This document shows positions 8,718 to 17,487 of a stretch of 32,000 nt of DNA, in pieces (position 1 is the first letter of the stretch; each line of letters opens with the position of its first letter). The notes under the pieces are model-generated. The model worked only from the letters and a program-made list of their open reading frames with translations, was not told the DNA's origin and searched no databases. This DNA is from Formosa sp. Hel1_33_131 (GTDB lineage: Bacteria; Bacteroidota; Bacteroidia; Flavobacteriales; Flavobacteriaceae): the NCBI RefSeq assembly GCF_001735745.1, contig NZ_CP017260.1:300001-332000 (forward strand), written 5' to 3'. The position numbers were made by a program, and so were the translations under genes.

Positions 8718-10466
8718 ATGGAAAATATGAAGAAAAACAAGAAATACGTTAGCTTAAAATTATCTGTGTTCATAATTTTATTTTCAACATCTTGTACAAA
8801 AGATTTTGAGGAAATCAATACCAATGAGTATATATTTAATGAAGCATCACCAAGTGCCCTTTTTGCTGGAGTTGTAAAAAACACTTTAGACCTCGTTGGT
8901 GGTACTATGAACGATCAATTATACAACACTTACGCTAGTTTCTATGGTGGTAAAGGAGGGCAGTTCAATCGGTATTTTTATACAGAACAAGCACTGGACC
9001 AATACTGGAGAAGATTTTATGTAAATATTCTTAAAAACAATCAAGATATCATTGATAGTTATTCTGATGATTCTAATTATAGCAATAGAGTCTCTATTGC
9101 CAAAATATGGAAGAGTTATGTGTATTCAATTTTAGTATCTACATTTGGACCTGTACCTTATCAGGAGGCATTACAGGGAGAAAACGCAGCTGCTTATGAT
9201 TCTGAAGAATTTATTTATACAGATATTTTAGCTGAATTAAAAACTGCTTTTGAAAATATAGATGCTTCTGGAGACACGTTAGCACAAGATCCTATATTTG
9301 ATGGAGACCTTGATAAATGGAAAAAATTTGCCAATTCACTGCGCTTAAAAATTGCACTTAGAATTTCAGAAGGGTTCCCAGTTTTAGCACAACAACACGG
9401 ATCAGATGCGATGGCAAATGAAGCAAACTTAATTGGTTCAAATGCAGAAAACGCTGTGATGAAATGGGGTTTAGAACAGGAAAATTGGTCATTTAACTAT
9501 TCAAGATACGTTTTTATTGAAGCCAATGATGATGTTGTTCCTTATATGAATTTACATTTTCTTTTAAATCTTAAAACATATAAAGATCCAAGACTTTTTA
9601 AACTCGTAGAACCCTCTAACGATCCAATAACCATTACAGATGTCGTTTTTAGATCTGGATCAACTACAGAACAAATTACAGTAGAATATGAATTACCCTA
9701 TTTTGGAAGGCCTTTGGGTGGAAATGCAGGCGTAGAAGGTTGGGGTCTAAATCAAAATGACAATATATTAAACGGATTAGCAAACAGAAGGTTTAGCAGA
9801 CCTAAATTAGATTTATTTATGGCTCAAGATATGGGGTATAATGTAATCACCTATTCCGAAATAAACTTCATCAAAGCAGAAGCACAGTTAAAAGGTTGGG
9901 GTGGATCTAAATCTGCTGAACAATATTACTATGACGGGATAGAGGCTTCGTTTCAACAATATGGAGCCATTGGAGTCACTGAATATAAAAATAGAGATGG
10001 TATACAATGGGGAACTACGAGTGTAGGAGACAGAGGTTTATTTGGCCTTGTGACAAGCGGTATTTCAAATGATCCTTTAGACAAAATCACAAGACAACGA
10101 TGGCTCGCTAGCTATAACCAAGGTCATGATATTTGGTGCATGCAAAAAAGAACGAGAAAATTACCATTGATCGATCAATTTGCACCGGATGGCGCGACAG
10201 GTCTTGATTACGCACCTTTACCAGAAAGAATGGTTTACCCTCCTTTAAGTGAAGGCGGTCTAAACAATGCTGCATTCCAAGACGCTATTCTTAATTTGGG
10301 AGGAAATACGCTTTACAACCCCCTACAAATGAATAAGTCAGAAGACTATTCTCCAGTTCAATGGGAAACTCTAGTTCCTGAGCTTAACCAAGATTTTGGA
10401 ACAAATTTTTATGGCGATTCTGAAGATGATTTAATTGCTGAAGGCATAGACTACACAATAATTTAA
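8718..10466 (+). CDS. susD: SusD/RagB-family outer-membrane glycan-binding lipoprotein
   Basis: Lipoprotein signal LFSTSC followed by acidic residues (TKDFEEIN). 582 aa, directly downstream of SusC. SusD-like motifs: WKSYVYSILVSTFGPVPY, SLRLKIALRI, INFIKAEAQLKGW, RQRWLASYNQGHDIWCMQKRT. The start could be ATG 8718 or 8727. Confidence 0.9.
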   Translation: MENMKKNKKYVSLKLSVFIILFSTSCTKDFEEINTNEYIFNEASPSALFAGVVKNTLDLVGGTMNDQLYNTYASFYGGKGGQFNRYFYTEQALDQYWRRFYVNILKNNQDIIDSYSDDSNYSNRVSIAKIWKSYVYSILVSTFGPVPYQEALQGENAAAYDSEEFIYTDILAELKTAFENIDASGDTLAQDPIFDGDLDKWKKFANSLRLKIALRISEGFPVLAQQHGSDAMANEANLIGSNAENAVMKWGLEQENWSFNYSRYVFIEANDDVVPYMNLHFLLNLKTYKDPRLFKLVEPSNDPITITDVVFRSGSTTEQITVEYELPYFGRPLGGNAGVEGWGLNQNDNILNGLANRRFSRPKLDLFMAQDMGYNVITYSEINFIKAEAQLKGWGGSKSAEQYYYDGIEASFQQYGAIGVTEYKNRDGIQWGTTSVGDRGLFGLVTSGISNDPLDKITRQRWLASYNQGHDIWCMQKRTRKLPLIDQFAPDGATGLDYAPLPERMVYPPLSEGGLNNAAFQDAILNLGGNTLYNPLQMNKSEDYSPVQWETLVPELNQDFGTNFYGDSEDDLIAEGIDYTII

Positions 10467-10476
10467 GATTTATAAA

Positions 10477-11553
10477 ATGAAAAAACTTAGCTATTTATTT
10501 TTAATGACATTATTTTTAATTTCATTTTCATGTACTGAAGATGATGTAGTAACGGGTGAAGATGGTATCTTAAACTATACCATTCCGAATGTCCCAGTAA
10601 CTTCAGATTATATTGTTGGTGCACAATATTCTACTTTTGGAAGAAGAAGTACAGTTCCTGAAGAACCTAGTATTGGGATTTACAACGGAAATGTAGGGGA
10701 TTCATTAGTTTACATACAACATGTAACTCAGGCACAAACTGCAGGAATAGATTTTTTCATTTTTAGATATCGCTCCGCAAATAATCAAAACCAAAATAAT
10801 GCCGATACCAGATTCATTGATGGTTTACAGGCTGCCTCCAATGCACAAGACGTGAATTTTGCACTTTCCTATAATTTTGGAAATATGGGCTTAAATAACA
10901 ACAATCGTATAGAAGACAGAGGCTTAGTGCAACGATTTATTGATGATTTTAAATTAATGATTCCATATTTTGACCAGCCTAACTACATGAAAATAGATGG
11001 TAAAAACATCGTCTACTTATACAATAGCCACAACCTTCACGCCAACGATAATGCTGCTTTATACCAGCAAATGAGAGCTGAATTATTAGATCTTAACGTT
11101 GAACTCTATTTAATAGGAATGCAAAATGAATGGACTCCAACTTTAAGATTTGACTTTAGGTTTATAAACGGAGTAGATGCTGTGACTCATAACACCTATG
11201 CCACCATTAATGTGAATGCTAATGACAGAGTCGTAAACTTCCATAAGTTTATAGATATCGCTTGGGAATATCATAGAGATACTTGGCTAGGATATAATAT
11301 CGAATACATACCAACAATATCTCCATCTATAAATTTAAAAATAATTAATTCAGGAAGTAACATAACTGTATTTGATAAAGATGAAGATTGGTTTAGAGGT
11401 TTTTCTAATGTAGCCCGAAGAGTTTCTGGTGCTAGTAAAATTATTCTTGTCGATTCTTTTAACGATTGGAATAGAGGAACTCAATTAGAATCTGCAGATA
11501 CTTATGGAGAAGATTTCCTTCAAATTTTAAAAGAAGAATTTAAGACAAATTAA
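10477..11553 (+). CDS. GH99/WbsX-fold lipoprotein with a substituted catalytic dyad; candidate non-catalytic surface glycan-binding protein
   Basis: Lipoprotein signal LISFSC followed by the strongly acidic TEDDVVTGEDG. GH99-like landmarks: PSIGIYNGNVGDSLVYIQHVTQAQTAGIDFFIF, MKIDGKNIVYLY, IPTISPS. ILVDSFNDWNRGTQLE aligns with GH99 SFNEWHEGTQIE, but the two Glu are D (11464..11466) and R (11473..11475). Confidence 0.6.
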   Translation: MKKLSYLFLMTLFLISFSCTEDDVVTGEDGILNYTIPNVPVTSDYIVGAQYSTFGRRSTVPEEPSIGIYNGNVGDSLVYIQHVTQAQTAGIDFFIFRYRSANNQNQNNADTRFIDGLQAASNAQDVNFALSYNFGNMGLNNNNRIEDRGLVQRFIDDFKLMIPYFDQPNYMKIDGKNIVYLYNSHNLHANDNAALYQQMRAELLDLNVELYLIGMQNEWTPTLRFDFRFINGVDAVTHNTYATINVNANDRVVNFHKFIDIAWEYHRDTWLGYNIEYIPTISPSINLKIINSGSNITVFDKDEDWFRGFSNVARRVSGASKIILVDSFNDWNRGTQLESADTYGEDFLQILKEEFKTN

Positions 11554-11554
11554 A

Positions 11555-12856
11555 ATGAAAAAAGAGCTAACTCTATTTATTACTTTCTTTAGTATTTTAC
11601 TTTTAAACAGCTGTAAAAGCAATACAAATAGTGATTCCCTCACTAAAGAAAGTCTTCCGCAAATTAATAACTCCATTGAAGGTAAAATCTTAGCGGGCTA
11701 TCAAGGCTGGTTTAATGCGAAAGGAGATGGTTCAAATTTGAAATGGAAACACTATGGCAACAACGCTGAATTTTATCCAGGAAGTACTTCTGTAGATTTT
11801 TGGCCAGAAATGGACGAAATCAAGAAAAGCAATCAATATAAAACTGCGTTTAAATATAAAGATGATAAACCCGCATTTGTTTTTAGTTCAGCAGATTATA
11901 AAACAGTTGACCTCCATTTTAAATGGATGAAAGATTATGGAATTGATGGTGTATTTGCACAACGTTTTGTGGTGGGTTTAACAAGAGGTCAAAGTAGAAT
12001 TGACAATTATAACACTGTTTTTGACAACTGTTTTAGAGCTGCAAAAAACAACAACAGAATATTGAGTTTAATGTACGATCTTTCAGGAACTACCACTGCT
12101 AATATTGTAGAAACCACTATTAAAGATTGGAAACAACTCGTTAAAAAATACAAGTTAAACGACCCCACAAACCCGAATGTATTAACCTATAAAGGAAAAG
12201 CGGTAGTTTCTCTTTGGGGCGTTGGTTTTGAAAACAGAAAATACACTTTAGAGAATATCAAAGAACTGATTGATTTCTTTAAAAACGATCCGGAATACGG
12301 AAACTGTGCCGTGCTTTTAGGCGTTCCAACAGCGTGGAGGACTTTAGACAGAGATGCCGTTAAGGATCCAAAATTACACGAAGTTATTAAGATGGCAGAT
12401 ATTGTGCATCCATGGACCCCTGGAAGGTATCATAATTTAGAATCCGCAGATCAGCATAAAGCTAACTATACTGTAAAAGATCAGCAATGGTGTTCTGAAA
12501 ATGATTTGATGTATATGCCGGTTGTGTTTCCAGGTTTTAGTTGGGCGAACATGAAAAATGACATGACTATTTTTAATCAAATACCGCGTTTAAAAGGGGA
12601 TTTCTTGTGGAGACAATTTTATAACGCCATTTCTTCTGATGCCAAAACAATTTACGTTGCCATGTTTGATGAAATTGATGAAGGTACTTGTATTTTTAAA
12701 GTAGATAACAACCCTCCTGTAGGGGAAAGTAAATTTCTAACCTATGAAGGGCTACCATCAGATTACTACTTATGGCAAACAGGACAAGCGACCAAAATGT
12801 TGCGTAAAGAAATTCCTCTAACAAAAGAGCAGCCCGTTTATCCTTACGTAAAATAA
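11555..12856 (+). CDS. GH99/GH71-like (beta/alpha)8 glycoside hydrolase lipoprotein; candidate endo-alpha-mannanase
   Basis: Lipoprotein signal LLLNSC. ILAGYQGWFNAKGDG, DYGIDGVFAQRF, SLWGVGF, IVHPWTPGRY, PVVFPGFSW, YVAMFDEIDEGTCIFKVDNNPP (ExxE at 12671..12682). By eye, more than half the residues match the module at 1511..2715. Confidence 0.7.
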   Translation: MKKELTLFITFFSILLLNSCKSNTNSDSLTKESLPQINNSIEGKILAGYQGWFNAKGDGSNLKWKHYGNNAEFYPGSTSVDFWPEMDEIKKSNQYKTAFKYKDDKPAFVFSSADYKTVDLHFKWMKDYGIDGVFAQRFVVGLTRGQSRIDNYNTVFDNCFRAAKNNNRILSLMYDLSGTTTANIVETTIKDWKQLVKKYKLNDPTNPNVLTYKGKAVVSLWGVGFENRKYTLENIKELIDFFKNDPEYGNCAVLLGVPTAWRTLDRDAVKDPKLHEVIKMADIVHPWTPGRYHNLESADQHKANYTVKDQQWCSENDLMYMPVVFPGFSWANMKNDMTIFNQIPRLKGDFLWRQFYNAISSDAKTIYVAMFDEIDEGTCIFKVDNNPPVGESKFLTYEGLPSDYYLWQTGQATKMLRKEIPLTKEQPVYPYVK

Positions 12857-12867
12857 TTCCACAGTTT

Positions 12868-15123
12868 ATGAATTTAAAGACCTTTATACCAAAAATAGAA
12901 TTTATTATTTATATAAAAATAGTAGTGATTTCTCTGCTCATATTTTCATGTAACTCAACAAAAGGCACCTCAAAAAATAGTGATAATGTAAACTATGTTG
13001 ATCCACAAATTGGAGGCGTTGCGCCTTTTTTACAACCGACAAGAACACGCATACATTTGCCAAATTCAATGGTACGAATGTATCCAGAAAGAAAAGACTA
13101 CAGAGACGATCAAATCACTTCTTTTCCATTAACAACACGAAAGCATCGATCTGATTTACTTTTTAATATTATGCCTGTTTCGGGGGCTATAAATGAAGCC
13201 GATGAACCGATTTCTGCTTGGGATCAAGAGTTAGAGATTGCACACCCTCACTACTACTCTACTTGGCTAGAAGATTATAATATTACTACAGAATTTACAC
13301 CCGCAGCGCAATCAGGTTTCTTTAAATTTACCTATCAAAACAACACGACTCGAAAACTATATCTCAGCGATTTAACGGGTGATGATTGGCAATTAAATGA
13401 AGATGGTTCTCTTACGGGAACCGAATCTTTTGAAGGAATGTTGGGCTATGTGTATGCCGTAACAGACAAAAAAGGAGTGTTTACATCTGTAGAAACTCAA
13501 GATAACACTCTCAACTCTTGGATGACTTGGAACGATACAGATATCAATCAAGTTCAATTTAAATATGGAATCTCATTTATAAGTAGTGAGCAAGCAAAGA
13601 AAAATTTAGAAAGAGAAATTCCAGATTTCAATTTTGAAAATGTAAAAGAAAAAGCGCATAAAAAATGGTCTAATTTGATGAATCAAATTGAAGTTGAAGG
13701 CGGCACAGATGCGTACAAAAGAACTTTTTATACCGCGCTTTATCGTTCCTATGAACGAATGATAAATATTTCTGAAGACGGAACCTATTACAGTAATTAC
13801 GACCAAAAAATTCACGAAGGGGAACAAGACTTTTATGCCGATGATTGGGTTTGGGATACGTTTTTAGCATTGCATCCACTACGCTATATTTTACAACCAG
13901 ACGTGGAATCAGATATGATGGCTTCTTACGTAAGAATGTACGAACAATCGGGTTGGTTGCCTCAATTTCCTCAAATTCATGGAGATGCACCTCCAATGAA
14001 TGGCTTCCACTCTACCATCATGTTATTGGACGCTTACAGAAAAGGAGTTACTAATTTTGATGCTGAAATAGCATTTCAGGCAATGAAAAAAAATGCTTTA
14101 GAAGGCACCATGATTCCTTGGAAAATGGGCGCACATGCCCCTCTTGACAAACTTGCTTTAGAACTTGGTTATTTTCCAGCATTGTACCCAGAAGAAAAAG
14201 AAACAGAGCCTAGAGTTCATGATTTTGAAAAAAGACAATCGGTTGCGGTTACCTTAGCTCAAGGTTATGATGATTGGGCATTAGCAGAATTTGCTAAAGA
14301 ATTAGGTAAAGAGGAAGATTATAAATACTTCTCCAAAACAGCACAGAATTACAAAAATCTATATTGGAAGGAAAGAGGATTTTTTATGCCAAAAGATGCC
14401 AAGGGCAATTGGATTGATATCGATCCAAAATTTGATGGTGGAATGGGTGGTAGAGATTATTATGATGAAAATAATGGTTGGACCTACCTATGGAATGTAC
14501 AACAAGATATTTTAGGATTGCAAGAATTAATGGGCGGAAGAAAAACGTTTGAAGAACGTTTAGACCAAATGTTTAGAGAAGATTTAGGAAGATCTACCTA
14601 TGCTTTAAATGCAAGATTTCCAGATTTCACAGGGATTGTTGGGCAATATTCTATGGGAAATGAACCCAGTTTTCATATCCCCTATTTATACAATTTTACA
14701 GATTCGCCTTGGAAAGCGCAAAAGAAAATAAGAATGCTTTTGAACACATGGTTTAAAGATAATATTTTTGGTATTCCAGGAGATGAAGATGGTGGAGGCA
14801 TGTCTGCTTTTGTGGTGTTTTCTGCAATGGGCTTTTATCCCATAACTCCAGGAATCCCCGTCTATACGATTGGAAGTCCTTTGTTTTCAAAAATCAGCAT
14901 CAACCTTCCAAATGGTAAAAAATTCACCATAAACGCACCCAACTGTAATGAAACTAACAAATACATACAGTCTGCAACCTTAAACGGAAAAGAGCTAAAA
15001 GGCCCTTGGTTTACACACAATGATTTGATCAATGGCGCAACCATCACATTGCAAATGGGGAAATACCCAAATATAAATTGGGGTACAGATCCATCTCTGA
15101 TACCAAACGATTTTAAAAACTAA
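12868..15123 (+). CDS. GH92 alpha-mannosidase (divergent N-terminal subtype), lipoprotein
   Basis: 751 aa. LLIFSC lipobox. GH92 core motifs FYTALYRSYERM, DDWVWDTFLALHPL, YEQSGWLPQFP, YYDENNGWTYLW, YSMGNEPSFHIPYLYN (Glu codon 14662..14664), GIPGDEDGGGMSAFVVFSAMGFYP. The N-terminus reads YVDPQIGGVAPFLQPTRTRIHLPNSMVRMYP rather than the canonical GTGGxGHTFPGA. Confidence 0.9.
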   Translation: MNLKTFIPKIEFIIYIKIVVISLLIFSCNSTKGTSKNSDNVNYVDPQIGGVAPFLQPTRTRIHLPNSMVRMYPERKDYRDDQITSFPLTTRKHRSDLLFNIMPVSGAINEADEPISAWDQELEIAHPHYYSTWLEDYNITTEFTPAAQSGFFKFTYQNNTTRKLYLSDLTGDDWQLNEDGSLTGTESFEGMLGYVYAVTDKKGVFTSVETQDNTLNSWMTWNDTDINQVQFKYGISFISSEQAKKNLEREIPDFNFENVKEKAHKKWSNLMNQIEVEGGTDAYKRTFYTALYRSYERMINISEDGTYYSNYDQKIHEGEQDFYADDWVWDTFLALHPLRYILQPDVESDMMASYVRMYEQSGWLPQFPQIHGDAPPMNGFHSTIMLLDAYRKGVTNFDAEIAFQAMKKNALEGTMIPWKMGAHAPLDKLALELGYFPALYPEEKETEPRVHDFEKRQSVAVTLAQGYDDWALAEFAKELGKEEDYKYFSKTAQNYKNLYWKERGFFMPKDAKGNWIDIDPKFDGGMGGRDYYDENNGWTYLWNVQQDILGLQELMGGRKTFEERLDQMFREDLGRSTYALNARFPDFTGIVGQYSMGNEPSFHIPYLYNFTDSPWKAQKKIRMLLNTWFKDNIFGIPGDEDGGGMSAFVVFSAMGFYPITPGIPVYTIGSPLFSKISINLPNGKKFTINAPNCNETNKYIQSATLNGKELKGPWFTHNDLINGATITLQMGKYPNINWGTDPSLIPNDFKN

Positions 15124-15136
15124 CAACCAATTACTT

Positions 15137-17416
15137 ATGAAAAATATAAAAATCTACTTTCTACTTCTTACAGTAATAGGCCTACTCTCTTTTAGTACCG
15201 TCACAAAAACCACAACTAAAGAATCTGATGACAATACAAAGTATGTAAACACCTTTATAGGTACAGGTGGGCACGGACATACGTTTCCCGGCGCAACGAC
15301 CCCCTACGGGATGGTGCAGCTAAGTCCGGATACTAGAACGTTGGGCTGGGATGCTTGTGGAGGCTATCATTACACAGATACTTCGATTTTAGGATTTTCT
15401 CACACCCATTTAAGTGGAACAGGAATTAGTGATTTAGGCGACTTTTTGTTTATGCCTTTTTCAGGTGAAGCAAAAGTAATTCCCGGAACTCCAGAAGATC
15501 CAGATTCAGGATACCGTTCTCGATTTAACCATGATGATGAAAAATCATCTCCAGGGTTTTATTCAGTGTTACTAAAAGATTACAACATCAAAGCAGAACT
15601 GACGGCTTCAAAAAGAGCTGGTTTTCATAAATACACCTTCAATAAAGAAGGGGAATCGGGTATCATTATAGATTTATCGCATACCATTTATCCAGATCAT
15701 AAACCAAACCATCAATTTAAATTAATTTCTGATACAGAAATTGCAGGCTATAAAGGGTCTGGAGGTTGGGCTGTGACGCAAGATATTTTTTTCAATGCAA
15801 AATTTAATAAACCCTTTACAGTTACTTTTTTCGAAAATGGAAAAAAAATAGAAACATTACCAAACAGAATGTCAAAAAAATTGGTGGCCGTATTAACCTT
15901 TAATACAAAAGCTGGTGAAGAAGTCTTGACAAAGGTTGGTATTTCATCTGTTGACTATGAAGGTGCTCGTAAGAATTTGGAGGCAGAAATTAATCATTGG
16001 GATTTTGATAAAGTTAAAAATGATGCGCATGAAACTTGGAAAAAAGAATTATCAAAAATTAATGTCAAAGGAGGTACTGACGATGAAAAAACAATTTTCT
16101 ATACGGGTCTTTATCATACGTCTATAAGTCCAAATACGTTTTCTGATGTCGATTTCAGATACAGAGGAATGGACAGGAAAATTCACCAATCTGACGAAGA
16201 AAAAATTTATACAGTGTTCTCGTTGTGGGATACTTTTAGAGCCTACAATCCTTTAAAAACAATTACAGATCCTGATAAAACCAACGAATTTATAAATACA
16301 CTTTTAACAAAATACGATCAAGGGGGTGTTTTGCCAATGTGGGAATTGCAAGGGAATTACACTGGGTGTATGATTGGGTACCATTCCGTTTCTGTGATTG
16401 TAGATGCTTACACTAAAGGAATTCGAGGCTATGATGTAAAGAAAGCCTATGAAGCCGTTGTTCATGCATCAACGTATGACACAACAGATATCTTTTTTCC
16501 ATCAGAAAGAGTTAAAAATATTTTAATGCCTAAGGGAAAACTCTATAATGAAACGATGGATTTTATTCCTGCTGATTTAGAAAATGAATCCGTTTCTAAA
16601 GCCTTAGAATATGCTTATAATGATTGGTGTATTGCACAAATGGCAAAAGATTTAGGGAACACAGACGATTACAATCGTTTTATGAAACGCTCCAAAAAAT
16701 ACACTCAATATTACGATACAGACGCTGGGTTTATGAGAGGGAAAAATCAAGATGGAAAATGGCGTGAGCCTTTTGACCCCCGTTATTCGAAGCACAGAAA
16801 AGATGATTATACAGAAGGAAATGCCTATCAATGGTCTTGGTTTGTACCTCACGATGTTGAAGGATTGGTTGATTTAGTCGGTGGTAAAGAAACATTTATT
16901 AAAAATTTAGACGTCTTATTTTCTACGAGTTCTGAGTTAACTGGAGATGATGTTTCTGGAGATATTTCGGGTCTCATTGGGCAATATGCACACGGAAACG
17001 AACCCAGTCATCACATATCACATATGTATAATTTTGTGGGACAACCATGGAAAACTCAAGAGGTCACAGACCAAATCATGAGCGAATTGTATTTTAATAA
17101 CCCTAATGGATTGGCCGGAAATGAAGACTGTGGACAAATGTCTGCTTGGTATGTACTAAATGCCATGGGGTTTTATTCGTTTAATCCAGGAGACCCCACC
17201 TACTCTATTGGGCGTCCAATTTTTGATGAAGTAGAAATTAATTTACCAACAGGGAAGAAATTCATCATAAAAGCTAAAAATAATAGCAGCGAAAATAAAT
17301 ACATTCAAACTACTAAATTAAACGGGGAAGAATTAATAACTCCATTTTTCACGCATAAGCAATTAATTGCTGGAGGAACATTAAAATTTGAAATGGGTGG
17401 TAAGCAACCAAAGTAA
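15137..17416 (+). CDS. GH92 alpha-mannosidase (canonical subtype)
   Basis: 759 aa. Signal peptide. YVNTFIGTGGHGHTFPGATTPYGMVQLSPDT, GFSHTHLSGTG, FYTGLYH, SLWDTFRAYNPL, GVLPMWEL, EGNAYQWSWFVPHD, QYAHGNEPSHHISHMYN, GLAGNEDCGQMSAWYVLNAMGFY. Confidence 0.93.
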   Translation: MKNIKIYFLLLTVIGLLSFSTVTKTTTKESDDNTKYVNTFIGTGGHGHTFPGATTPYGMVQLSPDTRTLGWDACGGYHYTDTSILGFSHTHLSGTGISDLGDFLFMPFSGEAKVIPGTPEDPDSGYRSRFNHDDEKSSPGFYSVLLKDYNIKAELTASKRAGFHKYTFNKEGESGIIIDLSHTIYPDHKPNHQFKLISDTEIAGYKGSGGWAVTQDIFFNAKFNKPFTVTFFENGKKIETLPNRMSKKLVAVLTFNTKAGEEVLTKVGISSVDYEGARKNLEAEINHWDFDKVKNDAHETWKKELSKINVKGGTDDEKTIFYTGLYHTSISPNTFSDVDFRYRGMDRKIHQSDEEKIYTVFSLWDTFRAYNPLKTITDPDKTNEFINTLLTKYDQGGVLPMWELQGNYTGCMIGYHSVSVIVDAYTKGIRGYDVKKAYEAVVHASTYDTTDIFFPSERVKNILMPKGKLYNETMDFIPADLENESVSKALEYAYNDWCIAQMAKDLGNTDDYNRFMKRSKKYTQYYDTDAGFMRGKNQDGKWREPFDPRYSKHRKDDYTEGNAYQWSWFVPHDVEGLVDLVGGKETFIKNLDVLFSTSSELTGDDVSGDISGLIGQYAHGNEPSHHISHMYNFVGQPWKTQEVTDQIMSELYFNNPNGLAGNEDCGQMSAWYVLNAMGFYSFNPGDPTYSIGRPIFDEVEINLPTGKKFIIKAKNNSSENKYIQTTKLNGEELITPFFTHKQLIAGGTLKFEMGGKQPK

Positions 17417-17487
17417 AATCTAATACATCCGTATTACCTTAAAAAATATCTCTAGTAAAAAAATAAATATATTTAATAAAATTTATC

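Noticed and set aside
6731-8884. Short ORFs inside or overlapping susC and the susD start (6731..6919 +, 7092..7304 -, 7755..8078 -, 8309..8518 -, 8693..8884 -)
   Set aside because: They are alternative-frame or antisense overlaps of SusC/SusD coding sequence with no motifs, typical chance ORFs.
13606-16852. Short ORFs within the two GH92 genes (13606..13827 -, 13670..13996 -, 13845..14054 +, 14862..15047 -, 15936..16127 +, 16652..16852 -)
   Set aside because: All are nested in well-supported GH92 reading frames, and none has recognisable features.
17422-17435. Small hairpin AATAC-ATCC-GTATT after the second GH92, a possible terminator
   Set aside because: The stem is only 5 bp with no following T-tract, too weak to call. 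The same applies to the all-A/T 7-bp palindrome TTTTATT-TG-AATAAAA at 25846..25861.
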